Shown here: piece after piece, positions 27,089 through 39,784 of the stretch
Position numbering within the stretch: the first letter of the stretch is position 1
Layout: each line of letters opens with the position of its first letter
Notes under the pieces: model-generated
The model's input: only the letters and a program-made list of their open reading frames with translations
What the model was told of the DNA's origin: nothing
Database searches by the model: none
Position numbers and translations under genes: made by a program
Assembly (NCBI GenBank): GCA_951406725.2
Contig: OX597824.1
Span: 5,642,001-5,706,000, forward strand
Source of the DNA: Octopus vulgaris
Taxonomy: Eukaryota
Direction: 5' to 3'
Length of the DNA stretch: 64,000 nucleotides

Positions 27089-27710
27089 AGCAATTTTTTA
27101 AAAGTATAACTTGCATATGTCTAAGTATGTCTAACTATTACGTTTCTTCACTATCTTTTATCTAGGAACTGTTTTACTCGGACTGCGACCATGCTGGGGC
27201 AACGTCCTGTCGGGCTGAATAAAATAAAAACCATCGATCTCAGTCTTATTATTTTAAAGTCTGGAAATAGGGTCGTTTTGCCAAACCGCGAAGTTACGAG
27301 GATGCAAACGAGTGACAACCGGTTCTCAAACAGATATCATACAAACACACATACACATATAAATATATACATATATACATACACAAACTATCAAATGTAT
27401 CGACCAAACTATCAAATGTTATACACCACTAGTCACATTACACATCCTCTCATTGTAACAATTTTTAGTTCAGCAGTGGCTGATGAGAGAAATTAGTTAC
27501 TAAACCTCAAGATATCACACGAAGTAACGCAGAAATAAAATAAAGCATTATATATTTTAAATACAAACTTATTAAAAATATATACGAAATTGTATAAAAA
27601 CAAATCCATACACTCATAAAACTGAATTCTTTTTATATATTCACAGTTTGATTGTTTTTGCTATGCATACATATCAGGACGACACACACACACGTACCAT
27701 AAATATATAT

Positions 27711-28095
27711 AGGAGCACTCCGTCGGTTGCGACGATGAGGGTCCCAGCTGATACGATCAACGGAACAGCTTGCTCGTGATATTAACGTGCAAGTGGCTGA
27801 GCATTCCACATACAAGTGTACCCTTAACGTAGTTCTCGGGGAGATTCAGCGTGACACACAGGATGTGACAAGGCTGGCCCCTTGAAATACAGGTACAAGG
27901 GAAACAGGAAGAAAGAGTGAGAGAAAGTTGTGGTGAAAGAGTAGAGCAGGGTTCACCACCACCCCCTGCCGGAGCCTCGTGGAGCTTTATGTGTTTTCGC
28001 TCAATAAACACTCACAATGCCCGGTCTGGGAATCGAAACCGCGATCCTCCGACCGCGAGACCGCTGCCCTAACCACTGGGCCATTGCGCCTCCAC
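27711..28095 (-). mobile_element. Family-A tRNA-derived SINE, full length
   Basis: Minus start GTGGAGGCGCAATGGCCCAGTGGTTAGGGCAGCGG with B-box GGTTTCGATTCCC; tail ...CATCGTCGCAACCGACGGAGTGCTCC. Confidence 0.9.
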
Positions 28096-28332
28096 AATAA
28101 ATAAAACCTGTTCATCTAAAAAGCGAAAAGAAAGCACATATTAAAAAAAGCAACAACATGGCGAAATGATGTTACATAACTGCGTGAAGTCAACGGGACG
28201 ATGAAGTGGGGCTGAATGGCCAATATATGAAATATAAATGGAAATAAGCCGATGAATCTTAAAAGGGTGATACAGATTTTGACAAAGCTCTGCATGTTGT
28301 GGCTGCAAGAGGAGTGAGAGAGTCAGGTCTAT

Positions 28333-28668
28333 TATATGTAATATGCATAAACGGTACTCCGTCGGTTACGACGGCGAGGGTTCCAGCTGATCCGATGAAC
28401 GGAACATCCTGGTCGTGAAATTAACGCGTAAGTGGCCGAGCACTTCACGTGTACCTTTAAACGTAATTCTCAGGGACATTCAGCATGATACATAATGTTA
28501 CAAGGCCTGGCCCTTTGAAATACAAGTGCTTGTGACTTTTGCCAGTTGAGTGAACTGGAGCAACGTGAAATAAAGTCTCTTGCTCAAGGACTCAAAGCGC
28601 TACTGGGAAACGAACTCACCACCTTCCGATCATCGGGCGAATAACCTAACCACTAAGCCACGCGCCAC
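28333..28668 (-). mobile_element. Older tRNA-derived SINE with the same tail as 27711-28095 but a different (V/CORE-like) body
   Basis: Head GGCGCGTGGCTTAGTGGTTAGG, body TCCTTGAGCAAGAGACTTTATTTCACGTTGCTCCAG, tail ...GTCGTAACCGACGGAGTACC. Confidence 0.75.
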
Positions 28669-28744
28669 ATATATATATATATATATATATATATACATGT
28701 TTATGTATGTATGTAGTATGTATGTATGTAACTATCTATCTATC

Positions 28745-28790
<46 letters not shown>

Positions 28791-28792
28791 CA

Positions 28793-29014
28793 CAGTAATC
28801 CTTCGACTATCGCCTGTATTACTTTCTAAATCCCACCTCGATGGTTGAAAATCCGCGAAGTTAAGACAGTACTGTACTGTATATTTTTTTAATTAATTCT
28901 ATAAATTGTATATATTTATATTATCGTAATTGCAAAACAACACCACAGAGGAATCGACGTTAGCTCAAATAATAAACCGCGATTGGTTAACCACGATAGG
29001 GCGAGGGATTACTG
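28793..29014. mobile_element. Tigger/pogo-like MITE, ~222 bp
   Basis: TIRs CAGTAATCCTTCG and CGAGGGATTACTG followed by TA; a second left end of the family lies at 33335. Confidence 0.75.
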
Positions 29015-30136
29015 TATACACCCCCCCCACACACATACATATAGATATATATATACATACAAAATTTAGAGGAATGACCACTATAAAGTATGTATGTAGA
29101 TATATCTTTATATATATATATATATATATATGTGCATGTGTGTGTGTGTGTGAGTGTGTGTGTGAGTGTGTGTGTGAGTGTGTGTGTGTGTGTGTGAGTG
29201 TGTGTGTGAGTGTGTGTGTGTGTGAGTGTGTGTGTGTATACTATCAATAATATGAAGTACTATGAAGTACACGATGTTTGGGAAACCAAATATTAAAAAG
29301 TGTTCTCTGCCAGTTCGGTCAGTTCTTTGCTTTTAGTTACTTTATATTCACGAAGACTATTAAATACGAAAAGAAAAAAACAATGAGTCGAAGTAGAAGA
29401 CGAAGAAATGAAAAGGAGAAAAAGAACTAAAAGCAAGATACGACATCAAACGCATCGGCACTAACAATAAAATAACAAGAAGAAACCAAAAGCACGAAAG
29501 ACAAGAACAAGATGATAATTATAATAAGCAGAATTAGCATTACCAATTCACAAGAGTGCCATAATTCATTGAAGAACTAAAGAAACTCCGTTTAGTTGTC
29601 GTCTATTTTAGCGTAATCGTTTCTTGGCAAATATATCGATATATGTAAATCACTATACCGTACTTGATTGAAGACAAACTTTTTTTTGACATTCTATGAA
29701 ATTTATATTTCGAAGGAAAACTTCAAGCGATCCGCACCAGAAGTGCACAACCGATACAAAAGAAACATTTATATATCGTAATAAAAATTAGTGAATGTCA
29801 ATGGAAAAATGGAAAACTAATAAATAATTTATTTAAACGACTATATCTGAAGAAGAAGAAAAAGCCGTAAATTGTTATTATAGCCGTTTTTATCTTTTTT
29901 CCGCATTATATGAAAACTACCTCCCATTATATATATTTGTCTCGGTTTTACATAAAGCAAGTACTTAGAGTGTTTGTTTTAGGTCTTCACACTATGAAGG
30001 ATATTTTCTCATGTCTAAGATATCTCCAGTTCAGTCCTTAAAAGAAAATAATTACTAAAATTAATTCACAAAATATTTTGCAATTTGTTTATTAAGCGCT
30101 TTAACAAACACAACTGTTTACCATGCTGGAGTAAAA

Positions 30137-30713
30137 TAAGAAGGTAAACCAAAAATTATACGCTTTCTTGTTTCTGTAATTTGTTAAAACAAAAACAGTG
30201 ATTGAACAATTACATAATCTTCAACATGGTTTCGTTGCTTTTTGGTGCACTTCTGCCAGCGGTCCACATGCTTGCTTATTCCATCGGAGGAGAATGTGTT
30301 TGGCTGGCCATTTATGTAACACTGTCTGTACTTCAAAGACCTCGTTAAGGATGTTTGAGCAGTCTAAAGAAACGATAGAAGTAAGGGGTGAGGCCTGGAT
30401 TGTATGCAGGGTGCTTCAGCAACTCGAGACCCAATTTTTCAATGGTTTCAATCTCGTTGGCGGCCATGTACGGACGTGCATTATCGTGGAGAAATAACAC
30501 TCAAATTGACAATAGACCTCTGTGTTCTTTCTTGGTGCACACTGCCTGCGGAGCGACCATGTTTACGCTGTAACATCAGAAAGAGAACGAGAGCATCCCG
30601 AGTCAAACCGCGATTACATAACTCCAGGAGCGCCACCTTTTAGCAAGCGCGCACAGAACGCAGTGTAACTATCCTAAAGTGAAAGTGCGGAGAATATTTT
30701 ACTTCTCTTTGTA
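30137..30713 (-). mobile_element. Internally deleted mariner element with a transposase catalytic-domain remnant
   Basis: Minus strand ~30500-30360 translates VLFLHDNARPYMAANEIETIEKLGLELLKHPAYNPGLTPYFYRFF (mariner HDNARPH...HPPYSPDLAP.D..LF). Degenerate TIRs near 30137 and 30713. Confidence 0.75.
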
Positions 30714-32491
30714 CAGTCATATCATTTTTGATATCCAATTTCGACTTCCTGTTACATTACAGCAGAGTTTGAAATTAATATAAATTCATTCAGAAGGAGA
30801 TGAATTTTATGTTCTGCCTTGTTTAAAAATCAAAAATCAATTTCAATAATAATGCACTTATTTTGAATGTTGCATTGGTAGAACCCATTTTAATAGAAAA
30901 CCGAATAAAATCATCATTTGGGCCAATAATAAACTTCTTATCCAACGATAAATTTCCACATTATAGAAATATCAAGGAAATCGCACCTTAAATTATTTCC
31001 CACTTGGAAATATACAATGGACTGCGTAGGACTAAATATGTGTTGTCTGTGTAAAGGACCGAATGGTCACTGTTTTAATGCCTTTGTATTTAAGTCTAGC
31101 CAGAGCTGACCTGGAACATAAATAACGATCTTAACCAACTCATTGATGGCTTATGTAGGAAAATTGGATTGCCGAGCGAAGGATTCATTGCTAGTGTAGT
31201 CACTGATTGTGTCCCTTGATTGAGATATATTGTTCAAAGCAAAGTGATAGTCAAGATCACTTAACAGAAAATATTGAATTCGTAAAGTTTATCATTAAAA
31301 ACCAAACTTCCTCACAATTATTTCATTAGCTTGATTTACTGAGTTCAGATAAATGCTATCTTAAAGTCAAGCGACTTCCACCAAACAAGACTCTTCCAGT
31401 CACTATTCATGTTCTTGAAATTTTCATGTGATGCCCGATCAATTCATGTATTTTATTTAAATGGTTAAGTCTGGAAGAAGGGGTCGTGTTTATATTCTTC
31501 ACAGGTTCTAAAAGCAAAAAGCAATAAAATAGTTGCAGTTATTTTTAACACTTTTCCGAGCAAAGACGGTTAGAGAAATGTATTCCTGGCGTCGGTCGTT
31601 GTGGGAAGAGAAGAAAAATAGTGACTGACTTGTGCAGGGCCAAGGGAAAACGAGTTATTCACGTGGGATTTAATATCACGGTTTATGTTTATAGAGAAAA
31701 CGTTAGATTATTGTTAATAAACAAAGATTTCAACTACTGACTCCAAAATCATACAAATGGAGGAAAATAGCATAATTGATTTCATGAGTCTTAGTACTTA
31801 ACTGGTATTTACTTTAATGACTAGTGGAGAACGAAAGTCAGCGACAGTCCAATGGGATTTGAACTCAAAACATAAAGTGATGTAATTACAAAGCATCTTG
31901 TCCAATGCTCAGCCAGATCTTCTAAAGCATCAGTCTTTATATATAGAATCAATATTAAAGACATTAGTTGAAAATAAAATGAAGAAAAAACATGATGAAT
32001 GGCTGGAAATAAACATATGAACATCTTAACCTTGCTCTGGCTTTCAATGAGGATTGAACACATTAGAGAAATAAATCAAGTACAATGTATATTATTTATC
32101 GACAGCAAGGGAAATATTGAAAACGATGATTTGTATTTTGCTGAGAAAATTATATTTCACGAAATGGGAAATCGATATTTAATATTTGATGTACGGTTAG
32201 TTTTCTAAGCAGCCAAATACTAGATCTTAAAGGCGATGTGTCTAAGTAGTATCATCCTAGATGGTGTTAGTGTGTATTTCAGGTTATAACATATTCAGTG
32301 AATTACCTTAATAATAAACAGTTTGTGACACATGGTCAGAAATTTATGAGAAGGTAGGAGCGATTAAATTGATCGGGGTATATGAAAGATACCAATGAAC
32401 AATGAAGGATGACATGCAAGAATGACACCGCTACAATTTGTACCTAGATCGCAAAGGGCCGTACTAAATCAGCTTTACCAGCACTCTAATG

Positions 32492-32857
32492 GGGGCGACG
32501 AGCCGGCAGAAATTTTGCACTCCGGGCGAAGTGCTTTGCGGTATTTCGTCTACTGCTACATTTTGAGTTCGACTTTGCCTTTCATCCTTTCGGGGTCGAA
32601 TAAATAAGTAGCAGTTACGCACTGGGGTCGATATAATCGACTTAATCCGTTTGTCTGTTCTTGTTTGTCGCCTCTATGCTTAGCCCCTTGTGGGTAGTAA
32701 AGAAATAGGTATTTAGGCTGCCGCTACGTTCTGAGTTCAAATTCCGCCGAGGTTGATTTTGGTTTTCATCCTTTCGGGGTCGATAAATTAAGTACCAGTT
32801 ATGCACTGGGGTCTATGTAATCGGCTTAATCCGTTTGTCTGTCCTTGTTTGTCCCCT
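32492..32857 (+). mobile_element. Family-C SINE, dimeric
   Basis: Head GGGGCGACGAGCCGGCAGAA; unit junction GTAAAGAAATAGGTATTT near 32700. Confidence 0.85.
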
Positions 32858-33027
32858 CTAAGTCGATTATATCGACCCCAGTGCGTAACTGGTGCTTATT
32901 TAATCGACCCCGAAAGGAAGAAAGGCAAAGTCGACCTGGGCGGAATTTGAACTCAGAACGTGGCGGCAGATGAAATACTGCTAAGCATTTCGCCCGGCGT
33001 GCTAACGTTTCTGCCAGCTCACCGCCT
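32858..33027 (-). mobile_element. Family-C SINE 5' part, directly abutting the previous copy in the opposite orientation
   Basis: Reverse complement of the head and first body unit. Confidence 0.85.
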
Positions 33028-33334
33028 TTCATCTTTGTATACCACAACAATATTCGTCTCCTCTCTGATACGTGCCTGTAGGCATGTTTAATGACGAGAT
33101 GGTAAAAGCACAATTGTGCAAATTAAGCAATACTCCACTGTGCCGAAGTGATTTCTGACTGCTTGAAATACAATTGATCCATGCTATTGATCGGGAAGGG
33201 AAACTGGTTGCATCTCTTTAAGGAACGAACAACAAATCATGAAATTACACGTCAGAAGACACCTTCTCTCATCATCACACCAATAGCAGAGGAAGAAAAT
33301 ATTTACATTTATATTTTACTCACGATTTATTATG

Positions 33335-33436
33335 CAGTAATCCCTCGACTATTGCGGGTATTACGCTCCACCCCTACTGCGAAGTAGTAACAGTACTGTA
33401 CTGTATATCTTTTAAAACTATTTATATAATTTCTAT
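33335..33436. mobile_element. Left end of a Tigger-like MITE (same family as 28793), interrupted by a SINE
   Basis: CAGTAATCCCTCGACTATTGCG...CAGTACTGTACTGTATAT shared with 28793-28890. Confidence 0.65.
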
Positions 33437-33878
33437 ATTCTTTTATTCTTTTATTTGTTTCAGTTATTTGACTGCGGCCGTGCTGGGGCACCGCCTTTTT
33501 GGTCGAACAGATCAAACGCAGGACTTATTCTTTGTAAGCCTACTACTTATTCTATCGGGCTCTTTTGTCGAACCGCTAAGTTAAGGGGACGTAAACACAT
33601 TAACATTAGTTGTGAAGCGGTGGGGAGGGACAAACACAGAGACACAAACATATACATGTACACACAAACACACACGCTCATATATATTTATATACATATA
33701 CACACACATATATATATACATATATACGTCAGGCTTCTTTCACTTTCCGTCTACGAAACCTACTCACAAGGCTTTGGTCGGCCCGAGGCAATAATACAAG
33801 AAACTTGACCAAGCTGCCTCGCAGTGGGACTGAACCCAGAACTATATGGTTGGTAAGCAAGCTACTTACCACACAGCC
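33437..33878 (-). mobile_element. Family-B SINE, near full length
   Basis: Reverse-complement match of tail, internal microsatellite and head (GGCTGTGTGGTAAGTAGCTTGC). Confidence 0.85.
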
Positions 33879-33898
33879 AACCCTTATTTTATTATAAA

Positions 33899-34289
33899 CT
33901 AGCAGTATCGCCCGGCGTTGCTCGGGTTTGTAAGGGAAATAATTATATAAGCATTTTTAGAGATGTAAAGTATAATAGCCATCTCAATATGGCTAACCAC
34001 AAAGGGAGGGTGTTACTGTAGCTTTTTACGTTCTGAGATTTAATAATAAATTTTAGAGAGTTACTTCCCTTATATATGTCAAAAATGGATTAAAAATGGG
34101 AAAAATTGATGGTAATTTTTTTTTAAATCGTAGACTCATCGTAGACGCGCGCTAATACCCAGACGGTCTCGATATGAATCACGACTATAAGATACCCGGT
34201 TTTGGTTAAACTGCACCGCAAAATGTGGGAGTAGTTAGGAATCTAAATCGTAGGAGACAGACACACAACCTCACTTTTATATATAAAGA
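33899..34289 (-). mobile_element. Non-autonomous Helitron, ~391 bp
   Basis: On minus it begins A|TCTTTATATATAAAAGTG and ends CCCGAGCAACGCCGGG-CGATACTG-CTAG|T: 5'-TC, subterminal GC hairpin, 3'-CTAG, inserted in AT with no TSD. Confidence 0.85.
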
Positions 34290-34393
34290 TTTCCTCTATT
34301 TACATAATATTGAGGTCTCTTTCTTTCTTTTGTTATCTTACTGTTTTTAACAATATACATATATATATATATATATATAAATGTATAAATAGT

Positions 34394-34712
34394 TACAGAG
34401 ATGTACTTGCATAGCAAGTGACTTGATCTGAGATCGTGTGCTGGAACGAAAACAGTTGCAGCGTTGAAGGTGTTTATAAGCCATTTAAGAAACACACAAA
34501 AACCGTTAGATTCACTTCAACATTTAAATTTAATTTGTCAAAATATTTTCGTCGCTTTGAGACCGCGACCTGTTAGCACGATATTTTTGTCAGTGAACAG
34601 GTCGCGGTCTCAAAGCGACGAAAATATTTTGGCAAATGAAATTTAAATGTTGAAGTGAATGTAACGGTTTTTGTGTTTCTTAAATGGCTTACAAACACCT
34701 TCCACGCTGCAA
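34394..34712. mobile_element. Dispersed repeat in fold-back form (~118-bp arms 34456-34573 and 34596-34712), embedded in (TA)n; possibly Penelope-like-derived
   Basis: Arms are near-perfect reverse complements; a second, non-folded copy lies at 44276-44470. Confidence 0.75.
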
Positions 34713-34769
34713 TATATATATACACACATATATATATATGTATGTATGCATGTATGTGTGTGTGTGTGT

Positions 34770-34990
34770 GCGTGTCTGTGCTTGTGATTGTCCTCCACCA
34801 CTGCTTGACAACGAATGTTGGTTTGTTTACATCCCTGTCACCTAGTGGTTTGACAAAGGAAACAGATAGAATAAGTACAATGCTTACAAAAATAAAACTG
34901 GAGTTGATTCATTAAACTACAATTCTTCAAGGCATTGCCCCAGCATGGCCACAGACCAATGGCTGGAAAAAGCAGAAGAATAAAAGAATA
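34770..34990 (+). mobile_element. Old family-B SINE 3' half
   Basis: GCTTGACAACGAATGTTGG...GATAGAATAAGTAC...CCCAGCATGGCCACAG. Confidence 0.65.
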
Positions 34991-35055
34991 CATTCTCTGC
35001 TTTGGTCTTATGTTCAAGGCATAAGAAAGCTTGAGTTTACATGAGAAGGCCTAAC

Positions 35056-35429
35056 AGACCTGGTAGAAACAGCAGCCAAATCTCCCTCAAATCACACCTT
35101 ACTGTCTTATGTATGTATATATATATGAGCCAATGAGGGGGACCTCTACATGGTAGCTAGACCTGGTAGAAATAGCAGCCAAATTTCCCCCAAATCACAC
35201 CTTACTGTCTTATCTATGTATATATGTATGTATGAGCCTATGAGGGAGACCCCTACATGGCAGCTAGACCTGGTAGAAATAGCAGCCAAATTTCCCCCAA
35301 ATCACACCTTACTGTCTTATCTATGTATATATGTATGTATGAGCCTATGAGGGAGACCCCTACATGGCAGCTAGACATGGTAGAAATAGCAGCCAAATCT
35401 CCCTCAAATCACACCTTACTGTCTTATCT
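35056..35429 (+). repeat. Minisatellite, ~107-bp unit x ~3.5, derived from an old dispersed repeat
   Basis: Units start at 35056, 35159, 35266 and 35373 (AGACCTGGTAGAAATAGCAGCCAAAT...CACACCTTACTGTCTTAT). The same core occurs singly near 5440 and 18035. Confidence 0.9.
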
Positions 35430-35521
35430 TTCTGCTACTTATATTCGTCGTAAAAAACTTTCCTGTCACACACTCACGCACACGCACACACACACACACA
35501 CACACGCGCGCGCACCCTCAC

Positions 35522-35557
<36 letters not shown>

Positions 35558-36936
35558 TCACACACACGCACGTTAGCTTACAATTTTATTTATATATTTG
35601 CGTGTCTGTGTTGAAAGAGGAAGTGGGAGGCAGAGTGAAAGAATCACTCACTACAGTAAGTAAATTACTTTCATTTTATTCGCTGCCCACTGTGTGTGTG
35701 CGTTTGCGTGTGGTGTAAACCAGACTAAGAAAAGCATTTGACACACACACCAGAATGTGAGTTTTCTGTAAATTTTGCTTAATTGGAGTTTAAATTTTAA
35801 AAACTGGAGCTGGCATGACGCGATGCATTGTACTCTTAAAAATGCAAGGTAAATTGTAATTGAAGAAATCCTATATTGTAGATTTGTATAACTCCCAAAG
35901 GGAGGCAGATAAAATCTGCCTTTTATAATAAGAGATGCAAAACAACACGACGGAGCAATTGACGTAAGCTTGAATAATAAACGGTGATAGGTGAATCGCG
36001 ATATGGCGAGGATTTAATGTATGTACCAGTTCCTGGTAAGGGTACAGTATTGGGCTTTGCAACCTTAATATATTGGACGCTAAGTGAATAGTGTGTCCTG
36101 CTGTGTTAGCAGTGCGATTCAGTTGCTTTCTAAAATACTCTCTTAGATTTTTTCTATAGAAATTAGGTCTAGCTCTGAATATCATGACGGCTCGTATGCA
36201 TCTAAGTAAACAATGGGATTGTAGAAGTATAGGAGGTCGGTGCAGATGCATATTTCGGGAATTATTGCTCTTTTCAGGATCACTTCCCACCCATGCATAC
36301 ATTGCTTAAATAGCCACGAAATTCACTTTGGCGTGCCAATGTTAAACTGTAATTTTTTTTCTATATTCGATCGCATTGTTTACATAGACGTGTTCTTCCT
36401 ATACTAAACGTTGTAACTTTCAGTTCTGGCTCGTCTCTATAGTAGGGATAATTTTAAAAAGTGATATAATATATATATATATATATATATAAATGTGTGT
36501 ATGCGTGTTTGAGTATGTATTTATATCAGGGAGAGATGCATGGATTATATATCTATATGTTATGCATAATGTGCGCGTATATGTTTGTGTTCGGGCATCA
36601 GACCTACTGTATAATGGTTTTCTGACTTCGTTAATCTATAACCATTTAGAAAATAATATATTTCTGCCACGAAAGAATGAAAGGCAAAGTCGACCTCGAC
36701 GGAATTTGAGCTTGCAACGACAGACAGATGAAATGCCGCCAGGCAATTAACCCAGTGTGCCTTTATTTAAATATCATTAATCCTTAGCTGTGAAAGAGAA
36801 TTATAAACAGTGTAAGCATATTCTTCGTATACTTTTGTCAAGCAAGAAAATTGTTAATTCAGATTGTTGACCATTTTTCAGATCCGACATAGTTAATTAT
36901 ATATGTATTAAATGATAAATACATATGCATAACCCA

Positions 36937-36972
<36 letters not shown>

Positions 36973-36973
36973 G

Positions 36974-37004
<31 letters not shown>

Positions 37005-37407
37005 TCGTGTGCGTTTGTGTGTGTGCGTGTGTGTGTGCATGTATGAAACAGCTAATATTAAGGGGTTACCAATCCGGGCAAAATATTTCATAAGCTGTCT
37101 GTTGCCACACAAGGCTAAGAATATTACTTAGATTAGTGAAGATCTCGAAGTATTCTTTTGGCAGGGTCCGAGGTCATGGTCCATCGCAATTCTGTATTGC
37201 CAATATGTGGCTGGAATCCAGTCGAACTGGTTTTTAAGACAATGTAGAAATAATGGTCATTAAATATTTTTCCTTTTTCTAGAGTAAGTCCGGCTTACAG
37301 CTGTTTCCAGTATTCATTAAAGGTACGTTAATGATAGGTTTACTCAACTCGTCTATCGATCAGTTGAGAAAAGTTGCACGACCTAAAAATAATTAATGTA
37401 ACTTTTG

Positions 37408-37447
<40 letters not shown>

Positions 37448-37662
37448 CTTTTACTCTTTTACTTGTTTCAGTCATGTGACTGTGGCCATGCTGGAGCACC
37501 GCCTTTCGTCGAGCAAATCGACCCTAGGACTTATTCTATCGGGTTTCCTACGGGGAGGTAAACACACTAGCATCGGTTGTCATCATGTTGAGGGGACAAA
37601 AACAGACACACAAACATATACATACACACATACACACATACACACACACACACACACTCTCA

Positions 37663-37736
<74 letters not shown>

Positions 37737-37896
37737 TACGACGGGCCTCTTTCAGTTTCCGTCTACCAAATCCACTCACAAGGCTTTGGTCGGCCCGAGG
37801 CTATAGTAGAAGACACTTGCCCAAGGTGGCACGCAGTGGGACTGAACCCGGAACCATGTGGTTCGTAAGCAAGCTACTTACCACACAGTCACTCCT
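37448..37896 (-). mobile_element. Family-B SINE, full length with an expanded internal microsatellite
   Basis: Reverse-complement match to 39379-39784. Confidence 0.9.
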
Positions 37897-38239
37897 ATAT
37901 ATATATATATATTGTATGTATGTATGTATATATGTATATGCATACATACCTCCCCTATACACGTGCGTGCGTACACACATACTTTTTATCTGCATAAGTT
38001 TGTAGACGAGTTTCAATTATTTTTGTATATTTCATTTCACAAAGACATTAGCCATAACCCCTTTTCCAGGGAATGTATAGCTTGTATTAGATGAAATAAG
38101 ATATATTAGATGAAATTAGATATGAAATAACATTACATATAGCTCAAAATTCTTTCTGCGGGATCTCTGCACACATGCGCGTATATATCATTCGTAAATA
38201 CAACACAAAACAAATTAATTTACAGAGAAAATATCTCAA

Positions 38240-38402
38240 AATTTGGCAAAAGGCCAGTCATTGGAACTTATTTTATCGATCCTGGAAGGGTGAAAGGCAA
38301 AGTCAACCTCTGCGAAATTCAAATTCAAATGGTAAAGACGGATGAAATGTCCCTTAGCATTGTATCCGGTATGCTAACTTTTCTACTTGCTCGCAGCCTT
38401 AA
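38240..38402 (-). mobile_element. Old family-C SINE
   Basis: TTTTATCGATCC...GAAAGGCAAAGTCAACCTC...CTTGCTCGCAGCC. Confidence 0.6.
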
Positions 38403-38589
38403 TCGGCACAGAAGGCACGAAGATATATTTTAATTTTACTCGTTTAAAATAATGTGGTGATCAATTATTAATTAATAAATGATTATTAAACTTATACATC
38501 TAATTCGCCCGTAATTTAGACACAATATAATGATTTTGCCGAGTGACTAAGTTATGTCACAGCTGACAGAGACATATATGTCTGTGTAT

Positions 38590-38699
<110 letters not shown>

Positions 38700-39378
38700 T
38701 GATTCCACTTTATCAAAATACGATAAAGATCAATAATTAAACTATTGAGATAAAATATCAATTTCTAAATCATTAACTAAATACTGACACCTAATTGAAG
38801 TTCATTTTCTTTTGTTTATGTGTTTTGCCGTATATTTTTGAATATTTAAAAACCAAAAAAAAAAAACCAGTCCTGCGGAATTTGCATTAAATAATATACA
38901 CAACATTACCTCCCTTGCTACATAATAAACATTGTTACGTAACTACGCCCGATAGACGCAGTATATATTACACGAAGGTTTGCAACTAGCCATTACACTC
39001 GCACACTGAAATGAACAACCATCTACCAGAAGCGAAACCAGTTTTCAAATTATGTATATTCTTCTAATTATGGACTATGAAGATATTCAAAAGTCAGTTT
39101 GAAATTATTTTAGAATTCGTATTCTTATTGTGATAATCGGTTTTTAATGCATACTAGTCTATTTTGAAATAATTTTACTATAATCATATATTTTGGAATT
39201 CGTATTCTTGAAATGATTTCAAACTAACACTGTATTTTGCTTATAATAATGACACTTCAGAGTGTGCAATAATATATTTTGAGATAAGTTTATTGTGATA
39301 ATCTGTTTTTAAATCTTAGTACTGTATCTTGAAATAATTTCACTTTAATCGCATATTTTGTATGTAATTCACTATATA

Positions 39379-39549
39379 GGCGCAGGAGTGGCTGTGTGGT
39401 AAGTAGCTTGTTTACCAACCACATGGTTCCGGGTTCAGTCCCACTGAGTGGCATTTTGGGCAAGTGTCTTCTACTATAGCCTCGGGCCAACCAAAGCCTT
39501 GTGAGTGGATTTGGTAGACGGAAACTGAAAGAAGCCCGTCGTATATATG

Positions 39550-39586
<37 letters not shown>

Positions 39587-39784
39587 TTGTCCCCTTAGCA
39601 TTGCTTGACAACCAATGCTGGTGTGTTTATGTCCCCGTTACTTAGCGGTTCGGCAAAATAGACCGATAGAATAAGTACTGGGCTTGCAAAAAGAATAAGT
39701 CCCGGGGTCGAGTTGCTCGATTAAAGGCGGTGCTCCAGCATGGCCGCAGTCAAATGACTGATACAAGTAAAAGAGTAAAGAGTA
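39379..39784 (+). mobile_element. Family-B tRNA-derived SINE, full length (CORE-like CCTTGGGCAAG-type body, internal (TA)n(TG)n)
   Basis: A-box TGGCTGTGTGG, B-box GGTTCAGTCCC, (TAAAAGAG)n-like tail, and a short TATATAG direct repeat at the flanks. Confidence 0.92.

Noticed and set aside
27990-28095. tRNA-like sequence with A and B boxes (also at 849, 39379, 41194 and 60080)
   Set aside because: These are SINE heads continuing into SINE bodies, without a complete cloverleaf or acceptor stem.
35056-35429. Regularly spaced repeats resembling a CRISPR array (also the family-C units)
   Set aside because: Whole units repeat with no unique spacers; eukaryotic context with no cas genes.
35871-36302. 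143-aa complex ORF; an alternative frame has HGWEVILK, faintly like Polinton/Maverick minor-capsid-type motifs
   Set aside because: Similarity is too short to support by eye; no TIRs or neighbouring genes. A translated HMM search would be needed.
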